Assembly: GCA_043759355.1 (NCBI GenBank)
Contig: JAYVLQ010000093.1
Coordinates: 20,989 to 84,988 of the forward strand
DNA: 64,000 nucleotides
Origin: Kofleriaceae bacterium
GTDB taxonomy: Bacteria > Myxococcota_A > Polyangia > Haliangiales > Haliangiaceae
Reading direction: 5' to 3'
Of this stretch, positions 20,121-28,846 are shown in pieces. Under the pieces are notes generated by a model. It saw only the letters and a program-made list of their open reading frames with translations. It did not search any database and was not told the origin of the DNA. Position numbers and translations under genes: made by a program. How positions within the stretch are numbered: position 1 is the stretch's first letter; each line of letters opens with the position of its first letter.

Positions 20121-21488
20121 ATGCGTTCGCGCCTCGTGACCCTGCTCGTGCTCGCGCTACCGATGGTGCTCGCGCGCGCTAGTCAGTCGGTGATCACGTT
20201 CGCGGACGTGGTCCAGGTCAAAGACCTCGGCGAGAACGCGATCGCGGCGACCTCGACCGGCGGTCTCAACACGATGACGTTCGTGTTCTTGCCGATGGGC
20301 CTCGCCTTCATCGTCCAGAGCTTTGTCGCGCAGCTCGTCGGCCGCAAGCAGCTCGCCGATACGCGCCGATTCGCGTGGTACGGCCTCGGCTTCGCGCTGA
20401 TCGCCGGCATCGTCGGCGCTATCGCGATTCCAGTCATCCCCGCCGCACTCGAGCTCGCGAGCTACAAGCCCGAGCTCCACGATCTGATGTCGCGCTACAT
20501 GCAGATCCGCTTGCTCTCGGTAGCGGCCGCGGTCGGCATCGAAGCCCTCGGCAACTGGTACGGCGGGCTCGGCAACACGTGGATGCAGATGATCGCGGGC
20601 ATCATCACGATGGTCTCCGCGATCATCATCAACGCGCTGTTGATCACCGGCCGGCTCGGTTTTCCCGCGATGGGTGTCGACGGTGCAGCAGTCGCGTGCG
20701 TGATCGCTACGTGGCTCGGATTCATGTTCTTGCTCGTCGCGTTCTGGCGCGGCTGGGGCGGCGCACCGAAAGTGCACGGCCCGCTCGGCCTGTCGAAGCG
20801 CGAGCTGTGGCGCGTCGCGCGGTTCGGGCTACCGAACGGGCTCAACTGGTTCCTCGAGTTCGCCGCATTCGATGCGTTCATTAACATCGTCGTCGCAAAG
20901 CTCGGTGCGACCACGGTCGCCGCGCTCAACATCGTGATCGCGGTCAACTCGATGGCGTTCATGCCCGCGTTTGGACTCGCCTCCGCGGGTGCGATTCTCT
21001 CGGCGCAGGCGATCGGTGAAGGCCACCGTGATCGCGTTTGGGCAAACGTCAAGCTCACGCTCGCGTGCACGATCGCGTGGGAGGGCGCGATGGCCTTGCT
21101 CTACGTCGCTGCACCCGAGCACGTGCTGTCCTGGTTCGCACCTTCGGGCATCCGCGGCGAGGCCGTGATCGTCGTCGGCGGTTCGATGCTCGCGATGAGT
21201 GCGATCTGGCAGGTGTTCGATGCGGTCGGCATGACCTTGAACGAGACGCTGCGCGCCGCTGGCGATACCGCGTGGACTGCCGGCATGCGCATCGCGATCG
21301 CGTGGGGCTTGTTCGCGCCCGGCTCGTATCTGGTCGTGCGCGTGTGGAATGGCGGCGCAGTCGGCGCGATGGCGTGCTTGTGCGGCTACCTCATGGTGCT
21401 CGCCCTCGCACTCGCGCTTCGATTCAAGACCGGCGCGTGGAAGAAGATTGAATTGATCGAACCGACCGTCGATGCCGTCGTCGCGTAG
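20121..21488 (+). CDS. MATE family efflux transporter
   Basis: 12-TM-type profile. The N-terminus LLVLALPMVLARASQSVITFADVVQVKDLGENAIAA is typical of MATE. Confidence 0.85.
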   Translation: MRSRLVTLLVLALPMVLARASQSVITFADVVQVKDLGENAIAATSTGGLNTMTFVFLPMGLAFIVQSFVAQLVGRKQLADTRRFAWYGLGFALIAGIVGAIAIPVIPAALELASYKPELHDLMSRYMQIRLLSVAAAVGIEALGNWYGGLGNTWMQMIAGIITMVSAIIINALLITGRLGFPAMGVDGAAVACVIATWLGFMFLLVAFWRGWGGAPKVHGPLGLSKRELWRVARFGLPNGLNWFLEFAAFDAFINIVVAKLGATTVAALNIVIAVNSMAFMPAFGLASAGAILSAQAIGEGHRDRVWANVKLTLACTIAWEGAMALLYVAAPEHVLSWFAPSGIRGEAVIVVGGSMLAMSAIWQVFDAVGMTLNETLRAAGDTAWTAGMRIAIAWGLFAPGSYLVVRVWNGGAVGAMACLCGYLMVLALALALRFKTGAWKKIELIEPTVDAVVA

Positions 21489-21496
21489 GCCGCTCG

Positions 21497-22465
21497 CTAG
21501 TGAACATTGAGATCCGCGGGCGGTGGTGATGGTGGCACGACCGCATTGTCGTGCGCCGCATCCGCGAGATTCGCCGCCTTCGCGGCCGCCTCTTGCGAGC
21601 CCTCGACCTCGCGGGTATCCGCGAGCTGGGCCGCAGCCTCGCTGTGTGGGGCGCGGATATCCGCGAGCACGTCGTTGATCTCGGCGCCGACCAGCAGCGT
21701 GATGTTCGTCAACCACAGCCACAACAAGAAGATGATCGCGCCGCCGAGCGTGCCGTACGTCGCCTCGTAGCTGTTGAAGTGCGAAAGGTATAGACCGAAA
21801 AGCGCGCTGATGCCGAGCCACGCGAGGACGCCGATCACGGCACCCGGCGTGAAGATGAGCAGTGGCGCGTCGGTGTTGGGCAGGTACTTGTAAACGAGCG
21901 CCCACACGAACATCACGAGCACGCCCGCGCCGACCCAGCGGCCGACGCTCCAGATCGTGTCGAACGTATCGCCGAGCCCGAACCGGCTGAGCGCCCAGTG
22001 GCCGACGGTCGGCCCGATCACGAGGAGCGAGAGCGCGAGGACCATGAGGATCGCAACGGCGAAGGTCATCCCGATCGCGATCAGCTGGCGGCGCAACCAC
22101 GAGCGGGTCTCCGGCTTCGTGTAGATCGTACCGAGTGCGGTGGTGAGCCCGACCACGCCGCGCGATGCGCCCCACAAGGCCACGATAGCGCCAACGATCG
22201 CGAAGCCCGCGCTATTGGACTTGACGAGCGAATCGACACGCTCGACGAGGATCTGGCGCACACCGGGCGGTAGCGCCTCGCTCGCCATCCCGATGCCTTG
22301 CAACACCGTGGCTTCGGGCAGCACCAAGAGCGACAGCGATCCGACGAAGACCAACATCGGAAACAGCGCCATCACCGCGTAGTACGCCATCATCGCCGCG
22401 GAGTCGGTGATGTTGTCGTTGATGATCGCCGTGATCAGGGTCTTGAAGAACCGACGGACCTGCAT
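21497..22465 (-). CDS. YihY/BrkB (virulence factor BrkB / former RNase BN) family membrane protein
   Basis: Trimmed to ATG 22463-22465. MQVRRFFKTLITAIINDNITDSAAMMAYYAVMALFPML...GAIIFLLWLWLTNITLLVGAEIN. Confidence 0.85.
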   Translation of the reverse strand: MQVRRFFKTLITAIINDNITDSAAMMAYYAVMALFPMLVFVGSLSLLVLPEATVLQGIGMASEALPPGVRQILVERVDSLVKSNSAGFAIVGAIVALWGASRGVVGLTTALGTIYTKPETRSWLRRQLIAIGMTFAVAILMVLALSLLVIGPTVGHWALSRFGLGDTFDTIWSVGRWVGAGVLVMFVWALVYKYLPNTDAPLLIFTPGAVIGVLAWLGISALFGLYLSHFNSYEATYGTLGGAIIFLLWLWLTNITLLVGAEINDVLADIRAPHSEAAAQLADTREVEGSQEAAAKAANLADAAHDNAVVPPSPPPADLNVH

Positions 22466-22502
22466 CGTCGGGGACCAAGTGCAGCGGGTGTGCCACTGAT
22501 TG

Positions 22503-22533
22503 CGTCCCGCAGGATTTGAACCTGACCGGGACG
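22503..22533 (-). other. T-arm-like hairpin (acceptor/T-arm minihelix look-alike)
   Basis: Minus strand reads CGTCCCG-GT-CAGG-TTCAAAT-CCTG-CGGGACG. A 7-bp outer stem encloses a 4-bp stem with a GTTCAAATC T-loop-like sequence. Confidence 0.5.
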
Positions 22534-22755
22534 ACCCACAACTCTGCAAGAATCGCGTGCCCTTGCAAACGTCTCGGTCAGCATCGCCTCGCGCTCGACC
22601 AGGCGTTGGACGCGCACAACACCGCGAGGCGAGACCGCGCGTCCCCACCGAGCAATTGCAGCGCATGCACGAGAGCGCGAGAGAGCAACCGATACGCGCA
22701 ACAACCTCGACGGCCAAAGCCAAAACAAACCCAACCGTCAGCTTTAATCAGCTCG

Positions 22756-22829
22756 TGCGCCCAGCAGGATTCGAACCTGCTGCCCCGAAATTAGAAATTT
22801 CGTGCTCTATCCAAATGAGCTATGGGCGC
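22756..22829 (-). tRNA. tRNA-Arg (anticodon TCT)
   Basis: The reverse complement folds by hand into a cloverleaf: GCGCCCA TA GCTC ATTTGGATA GAGC A CGAAA TTTCTAA TTTCG GGGCA GCAGG TTCGAAT CCTGC TGGGCGC A. 74 nt, CCA not encoded. Confidence 0.93.
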
Positions 22830-23086
22830 GTGCGAAGCCCCAGAGAGGTTTCGGCTCGCGACTGTGCCGGATGCGGCCGCCGTGGACAAGTGGCGTTGTC
22901 GAGGGAGCGGAAACTCCACAGTCTTCGGGGATTTCGGTGAAGTCCTCGGCCGCACGAATGCCCTTGACCCCTGAAATTCGTGGCGCGCTGCGATCGCGTT
23001 CTTGTCGACCGCGACAGAATACACGCCGTGTTTGTCAGCCCGACAGGTCCACCTGAACCCGTAGGAACCGTCCCTTTTTTTACGCG

Positions 23087-23830
23087 ATGAGATCGAGCTC
23101 AACTCTCGTGTTAGTTTCCGCACAGATGCGGACGACGATCGCCATGTTCACCATCGTGGGTTTAGGCCTCTGTGCGTGCTCCAAGAGCGAGAACGCGGGA
23201 ATCGAGGAGGCGCGCAAGCAGGCCGCTGCCGAGAACAAGGCCAAGATGAGTGACCCGAACTTGCGGGTGAAGATGATCGATCCGCCGGTGCCGGGCCAGC
23301 AAAAGCTGACCTGCGCGCAGCTCGTCGATGCCGACAAGTTCACCCAGCTCCTCGGCGAGACCGCGCCCGTCGTCGTCCATCAGATGAAGGACGATGGCGA
23401 AGCCGCGGCCTCGTGCTCGATCATCCGCGGTGGCAAGCCCCCGAGCGAAGCGGAGCAGACCGCGCTCAAGAAGAAGAACGGCCGGCTCGGCGTGATGCCC
23501 GGCGACGAGATCTGCAACATCGCGACGTACTGCTGGACGATCGAAGCGGCCGACCGGTTCGCGAAGAAGTGCGTCGAGCAGAAGGCGAACATGGACACCA
23601 CCCTCGGCTTTCCGGCGTGCCTCCGCGTGATGCCCGAGGGCGAATCCGACAAGAACAACTACAAGTTCTTCGACGAAGATACCAAGTGCATCATCGGCGT
23701 GCGCGGCGGCCCCAGCATGGTCGACAACGACATCATCGGAAAGTGCGCGAAGAGCGCGCACGATCTCATCGGGCCCGACCAGATCAAGCCGGGCGCGGCA
23801 GCGCCCGCAGGCTCGGGTAGCGGCGCGTGA
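23087..23830 (+). CDS. Lipoprotein, unknown function
   Basis: The likely true start is the Met at 23126 (MRTTIAMFTIVGLGLCAC). Cys-containing, Lys-rich mature part with ordinary composition. Confidence 0.65.
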   Translation: MRSSSTLVLVSAQMRTTIAMFTIVGLGLCACSKSENAGIEEARKQAAAENKAKMSDPNLRVKMIDPPVPGQQKLTCAQLVDADKFTQLLGETAPVVVHQMKDDGEAAASCSIIRGGKPPSEAEQTALKKKNGRLGVMPGDEICNIATYCWTIEAADRFAKKCVEQKANMDTTLGFPACLRVMPEGESDKNNYKFFDEDTKCIIGVRGGPSMVDNDIIGKCAKSAHDLIGPDQIKPGAAAPAGSGSGA

Positions 23831-24891
23831 TCCGCGCGGCGCTGCTGCTCGTCTGCGTCGGAGCGTGCAGCGGCGCAGCGACCAAGCTGGTTCCGCCGAG
23901 AATGGCGATCGACGCCGCCGCCCATTTCGCGACGATCAGCGAGGACATCGAGCTCACCGCCGGCAGTGACAGCGTACCGGGTACGCTGGTCCGTCCCGGC
24001 GAGCCCGGCGTATTCCCCGCGATCGTGATCTTCGCGGGCAGCGGCCCCACCGATCGCGATTGGACAAGCCCGTTGATCGCGGCAAAGAACGGCAGCGGCA
24101 AGCTGCTCGCCGAGGCGCTCGCGGCACACGGCGCGGTCGTCATCCGGTTCGACAAGGCCTCGTCGGGCAAGAACCACACCTCCGTGCTGGGCAAATCGAT
24201 CGATCTCTACGTCGACGAGATGCGCGGTGCGCTCGCGTACCTGCGCACGCGCCCCGAGGTCGATCCGGCGCGGCTCTACATCGCCGGTCACAGCGAAGGC
24301 GGCCTGCATACGCTGCGGACCGCGCTCGTCGAGGGCGCGCACGTCAAGGGCGTACTGTTGCTGTCAACGCCGGGTCGCATGCTGCGGGACGTCGTCATCG
24401 GCCAGCTTCGCTCGCAGATCGAGACCAAGGCCCCGGGCCAGACTGAAACCCTGCTCGCACCGTTTCGCGCGGCGCTCGACGACTTCCTTGCGGGCCACGA
24501 GATCGATCCGGTCAAGGCCACACCGATTCCGGGCCTACAGACATTACTGCGCACGCTGACCTCGCCGTCGACCGCCGTGCTGTCGCGCGCTCTGCTCTCG
24601 TTCGATCCCGCGACCGCGGTCGCGCAGGTGACGCAGCCGGTGTTGATTTTCAACGGCATGCGCGACGTCCAGGTCGATCCGGAGCTCGACGCGAAGGTGC
24701 TCCACGCCGCGGCGAAGGGCTCGACGCTGGTGCTCGCGTCCGAGGCCGACCACGTGCTCAAGCACGAGACCAAGTCGCTCGCCGAGCTGCGCGCGGATCT
24801 GGGTGCCGTCGAGCTCGGTTACAACTCGCCGGATCGCGGTCTCGATGAAGTCACGGTGAGCGCGATCGTCGGCTGGCTCGCGACGCATTGA
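23827..24891 (+). CDS. Alpha/beta hydrolase lipoprotein
   Basis: GTG start overlapping the previous stop (GTGA). Lipobox LVCVGAC, nucleophile elbow IAGHSEGG, C-terminal ...ADHVL. Confidence 0.8.
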   Translation: MIRAALLLVCVGACSGAATKLVPPRMAIDAAAHFATISEDIELTAGSDSVPGTLVRPGEPGVFPAIVIFAGSGPTDRDWTSPLIAAKNGSGKLLAEALAAHGAVVIRFDKASSGKNHTSVLGKSIDLYVDEMRGALAYLRTRPEVDPARLYIAGHSEGGLHTLRTALVEGAHVKGVLLLSTPGRMLRDVVIGQLRSQIETKAPGQTETLLAPFRAALDDFLAGHEIDPVKATPIPGLQTLLRTLTSPSTAVLSRALLSFDPATAVAQVTQPVLIFNGMRDVQVDPELDAKVLHAAAKGSTLVLASEADHVLKHETKSLAELRADLGAVELGYNSPDRGLDEVTVSAIVGWLATH

Positions 24892-24910
24892 CCGCGTATG
24901 GTGAACCTCG

Positions 24911-25471
24911 ATGTGGTCGCTGCGCCGCCCTCGAGACGCCGAACTGGCCGCGATCCTCGCGCGCGTTGCCGGGCTCTCGCTCACGTATCCCGAGGTCGGA
25001 ATGAGCCGCACCGGTGGCGCGCCCGCGTACCACTGCGAGGACCATCGAAGCGAGCTCGCGATCGATTTCGCGACCGCGGCCGAGCGACTCGCCTCGTTCG
25101 CGACCCACGAGCTGCCGTACATGTTCGTATATCCGCGCGATGCGCGGGTGATGCTGCGCCGTGATGTCGTCGTGTGCGCGAAGGTCGGGCCGGTGTGGTC
25201 GATCAATCCGTGCCGGATCGTCCACGTCGAAGCCACGCCCGATCGGTTCGAGTACGCGTACGGCACCCTGCCCGGCCACGCCGAATCCGGCGAGGAGTAC
25301 TTCGCGGTTTCGCGCAGCGCCGACGGTCGGGTGGTCGGCGAGACCACCGCGTACGCGCGCATGGCCGATTGGATCGCGAAGCTCGGCGCGCCGATCGCGC
25401 GCCGCGTTCAGCGGAAGGTCAAGATCGACTACCTGCGCGCACTCGGGATGGTCACGACTTCGAGATCGTGA
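24911..25471 (+). CDS. DUF1990 domain protein
   Basis: FEYAYGTLPGHAESGEEYFAV and the overall size match my recollection of DUF1990. Confidence 0.7.
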   Translation: MWSLRRPRDAELAAILARVAGLSLTYPEVGMSRTGGAPAYHCEDHRSELAIDFATAAERLASFATHELPYMFVYPRDARVMLRRDVVVCAKVGPVWSINPCRIVHVEATPDRFEYAYGTLPGHAESGEEYFAVSRSADGRVVGETTAYARMADWIAKLGAPIARRVQRKVKIDYLRALGMVTTSRS

Positions 25472-25811
25472 AGCCGGTGACGCAGCGGTACGGTTTGCCC
25501 TGGTAATCGGTGCTCACGTATTCGAGCTTGACCTGATACTCCGAGCGGAACGTGGAGAACATCAACTGGATGCTCGTGTCCGACAGCTCGCGCCCCTTGC
25601 ACTGCAAGCCGCCCCAGCGATAGTTGACCGAGGCCTTGTCGAGCTCGAGCCAGACCGCGCCGTGAAACAACTTGTAGCTCGAGTCGCCAGGCTCGAGCAC
25701 CATCATCTGCGCGACCGACGTCACCGGTGTGGTGTCCGCGAACGCGGGCGGCGAGAGTGCACCGAGCACGGCAACAACCATGGCAATAACGACGAGGGGA
25801 GCGGGGCGCAT
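25452..25811 (-). CDS. Small secreted protein, unknown function
   Basis: Trimmed to ATG 25809-25811 (MRPAPLVVIAMVVAVLGALSPPAFA signal). It starts 10 nt downstream of the stop of paralog 1. The upstream part of ORF 25452..26231 is Arg/Ser-rich nonsense. Confidence 0.6.
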   Translation of the reverse strand: MRPAPLVVIAMVVAVLGALSPPAFADTTPVTSVAQMMVLEPGDSSYKLFHGAVWLELDKASVNYRWGGLQCKGRELSDTSIQLMFSTFRSEYQVKLEYVSTDYQGKPYRCVTGFTISKS

Positions 25812-25821
25812 CGTCGCTAGC

Positions 25822-27276
25822 TTAGCAGCGTCTACGTCGGCGTCGCGTGAGACCCACGACGAGAACGCCGAGCAGCAGTGCTGACCACGGCTGACCGCGC
25901 CCCTCGACCGAGCAGCAACCACCCACCGAGACCTCGACGCAGTATCCCTTGCCGCCACCGGTATCGGCGCACGTGAAGTTCCCAGGACAGCTCGAGGGCT
26001 CGTCGACCTCGCACTCCACCGAGCACTTCTTGCCCTGATCGGTGTCGATGCACTCCCAGCTCTGGCAGTACTGCGAGTACGGGCACGTTGCCCCGAGCGC
26101 GCCGGGGGGATCCGGATACGCGCACTTGCCATCGGTGCACCTCTGATCGGCCAGACATCCCGACGCATCGGTGCACGCAGCGACGCGCGTGACCGTGGTG
26201 GTCGTCGAATCGGTCGACCCGCCGAGGTCATCGGTCGCGCGCACCATTATGTCGATCACGCTGTTCGGGACGGCCGTCGGAATCTTGAGCGTGTAGTCCG
26301 ATTTGGGCTGCCCGGTCGCGTTGAACGCTGCGCCCAAGGCGACAGCCCACCGGCTGCCATTCAAGAACAGCTCGAGCTTCGCGACCCCGCGTTGCGCCGC
26401 GGCGGTCGCGTGCACGACGACCTCGCCGGCAGGGATCGCCGTGCCCGCAACACCCTCGAGCGTCACGGTCGGCGGTGTCGTGATCGGGGTGCCCGCACCG
26501 AACACGAGCAACAGCGCCGCGTGCGAGTTCTGCGTGCCGCCGCAGCGACACGCGCGCACCGCGTCTTCACCGCAGGCCGCGCGCGAGTTGCGAAAGAACT
26601 TCTGGCCGCCGCAATCATTGCGATACGTCATCGGATCGCGACACGTCGAGGTGCCGTCGGTGAACTGATACTCGTGATCGAGCCCGAAAGCGTGCGCGCT
26701 CTCCTGCGCCGCGGTCCAGCAGATATCGAGGATGCGCGGCGTGCCGAGCCCGGGATGATGATTAGCGAACGTGAACGAGATGACGTTGTCCTGCGCGGTA
26801 CAGTTCGCGGCGATCGGCGCGACGCCGAGGTTGTCGACCGGGCGACCGATATCGCCCGGTTGACCCGCGATGATTGCTTCGGTGTACGTGGCATTTTGCG
26901 GCTCGGTGTCCGTCACCGTGATCGCGTACGGCGAGTAAACCTCCTGCACGCACTTCACGACCGCGGCCCAATCGGCATCCGCGGCGCCGCCGGCGACGCC
27001 AACATCGTTCGCGAACTCCGCCATCGTGTAGTCGCCCACGGAGGGGATCGACGAGTGTTGCGTGCGCGCGTCGTTGCTCGCGCCACCGTGCACGATGCAC
27101 CCACCGACGCACCGGTTGAGGTACAGGTACGGCGAGATCTGCGGCACGACCGGACGCTGGAGCGGTGTAAACGCCTCGGCCGGCGTATCGACGACCGCAC
27201 GCACGCGTGGCGGAGCATCCGCGCTCGCGACACCGGCCATCAAAGCAACGCCGGTGACGAGGACTGCGCGGAGCAT
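25822..27276 (-). CDS. MYXO-CTERM-anchored secreted protein, metzincin-like domain with QExxHxxGLxH motif (paralog 1)
   Basis: Signal peptide. CWTAAQESAHAFGLDHEYQFTDGTSTCRDPMTY (26671-26706 covers the motif). Ig-like middle, Cys-rich module. Tail GGCCSVEGRGQPWSALLLGVLVVGLTRRRRRRC. Confidence 0.85.
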   Translation of the reverse strand: MLRAVLVTGVALMAGVASADAPPRVRAVVDTPAEAFTPLQRPVVPQISPYLYLNRCVGGCIVHGGASNDARTQHSSIPSVGDYTMAEFANDVGVAGGAADADWAAVVKCVQEVYSPYAITVTDTEPQNATYTEAIIAGQPGDIGRPVDNLGVAPIAANCTAQDNVISFTFANHHPGLGTPRILDICWTAAQESAHAFGLDHEYQFTDGTSTCRDPMTYRNDCGGQKFFRNSRAACGEDAVRACRCGGTQNSHAALLLVFGAGTPITTPPTVTLEGVAGTAIPAGEVVVHATAAAQRGVAKLELFLNGSRWAVALGAAFNATGQPKSDYTLKIPTAVPNSVIDIMVRATDDLGGSTDSTTTTVTRVAACTDASGCLADQRCTDGKCAYPDPPGALGATCPYSQYCQSWECIDTDQGKKCSVECEVDEPSSCPGNFTCADTGGGKGYCVEVSVGGCCSVEGRGQPWSALLLGVLVVGLTRRRRRRC

Positions 27277-27300
27277 CCGGCCTAGTCTACATGACGCGGG

Positions 27301-28764
27301 TCAGCGGTGACGGCGACGTAACACGAAGCCGAGCGCGACCATGCCGAGCCCGATCGGCGCGTACGGCACGTGGTTGCCATCGTGACCAACGTTACAGCAG
27401 CCACCACCCGTGCTCTGTGGGAGGCACACGCCACCGGTCTCGCTCGTCGCGATACAGTCGAACGTCGCGGGGCACCCATCCGTCGAGCCGACGACGCACG
27501 ATTGCGTGCAGTACTGGCCGATATCGGACTGCTGGCACAGGCCGGTCGTGCAGTACTCGTTGTACGTGCACGTAGCGCCGAGCAGCCCGACCGGCGCGTC
27601 CCAGAAACACTTACCGGCTTCACACTTCTGACCGGTCAAGCAGGTCGAGGCGCTCGCGCACGCGGCACCCTTATGCACCGTCGTGACCGAGCTCGCCGTC
27701 ACGTTGTCGAGATCGTCGTACGCCTTGAGCTGTACGTCGATCACGCCATCGGGCACGTTCGCCGGCGCCGTGACCGTGTAGTTCGCCGGGTTCGGTTGAC
27801 CGTTGAGCCCGAACGCCGCACCCGCCGTGGTCGCCCACAGGTGGTCGTTGAGATAAAGATCGATCTTCGCGACACCGCGGCGCGAGCCAGCGCTCGCGAG
27901 CACCGTGAAACCGGACTGCACGGCAGCGCCCGTCGCCGGCGAGCTCAGCACCAGCGACGGCGCTGGAATCGACGAGGTGCCGGCACCGAGCGTCTTGGTG
28001 AGCCGAACGACCGAGTTCTGCATGCCACCGCAAGTACAGAGCCGCGTCGCGTACTCGCCGCAGGCCGCCGGCTTGTTGCGGAAGAACTTTTGACCACCGC
28101 AGTCCATGCGATACGTCATCGGATCGTTGCAGGCCGACTGACCGTCGGTGAACTGGTACTCGTGTTCGAGCCCGAAGTTGTGAGCGGTCTCCTGCGCGAT
28201 CGTCCAGCACTGATCGAGCACGCGAGCTTGACCGGTACCACCTTCGTGGTTCGAGAACGAGAACGAGATCACGTTGTCGAGCGGGGTGCAGGTCCCGAGA
28301 CCAACGCCGAGGATGTCGTTACCGAGGCCGATGTCAGTGGGTTGGCCCGCGGCGATCGCCATCGTGTAGCCGACACCGTTGATCGGGAGCTGATCGCTCA
28401 CCCTCACCGCGAACGGCGAGTAGACCTCCTGCACGCACGTGACAAGCGCGGTCCACGCCGCATCGGCAGGGGCGCCGGTCTGACCCTGTTCGTTCTCGAA
28501 TTCGCCGACGACACCGTTGTTCGCGATCGAAGAGGTCAACGAGCGCGCATCGTCCGAGCCGTGCATCAACGCGCAACCGCCCTTGCAGCGGTTCATGTAG
28601 ATGTACTGCGACGTCTGCGCCGCGACCGGGCGCGCCGGCCCCGTGTACGGGATCGAGATCCGGCGGCCTTGGCCGTGAGGCAGCCGACCCGGACGTTCGT
28701 CCGCGCGGGCGATCGAGCCGGCAGCGGCGATCGCGACGAGCGAAATCAATAGCGCTTTACCCAT
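27301..28764 (-). CDS. MYXO-CTERM-anchored secreted protein, metzincin-like domain with QExxHxxGLxH motif (paralog 2)
   Basis: CWTIAQETAHNFGLEHEYQFTDGQSACNDPMTY (28159-28194). Tail GGGCCNVGHDGNHVPYAPIGLGMVALGFVLRRRHR. Confidence 0.85.
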   Translation of the reverse strand: MGKALLISLVAIAAAGSIARADERPGRLPHGQGRRISIPYTGPARPVAAQTSQYIYMNRCKGGCALMHGSDDARSLTSSIANNGVVGEFENEQGQTGAPADAAWTALVTCVQEVYSPFAVRVSDQLPINGVGYTMAIAAGQPTDIGLGNDILGVGLGTCTPLDNVISFSFSNHEGGTGQARVLDQCWTIAQETAHNFGLEHEYQFTDGQSACNDPMTYRMDCGGQKFFRNKPAACGEYATRLCTCGGMQNSVVRLTKTLGAGTSSIPAPSLVLSSPATGAAVQSGFTVLASAGSRRGVAKIDLYLNDHLWATTAGAAFGLNGQPNPANYTVTAPANVPDGVIDVQLKAYDDLDNVTASSVTTVHKGAACASASTCLTGQKCEAGKCFWDAPVGLLGATCTYNEYCTTGLCQQSDIGQYCTQSCVVGSTDGCPATFDCIATSETGGVCLPQSTGGGCCNVGHDGNHVPYAPIGLGMVALGFVLRRRHR

Positions 28765-28846
28765 GGACCGGAGGGAGTACTACAGGCGCCCCAACCCGTC
28801 AGTAGGTTTTGTCACGCCTCTGTTTTTCGAGAGTCCGCGAAGCTTG

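Noticed and set aside
22466-22755. tmRNA, tRNA-Sec or class II tRNA hypothesis for the T-arm-containing region
   Set aside because: The 3' strand GGGACGC has no matching 5' acceptor strand at tRNA distance (best is GCGTCCA, 113 nt upstream, with a mismatch). I could not build a D-arm or anticodon arm. There is no G3:U70, no Ala-rich tag reading frame ending in a stop and no encoded CCA. It is kept only as an unexplained structured element.
22830-23086. T-run (cccttttttta, about 23068-23080) considered as a rho-independent terminator
   Set aside because: No stable GC-rich stem precedes it, and nothing is transcribed toward it on the plus strand. More likely it is part of the promoter or UP region of the lipoprotein gene.
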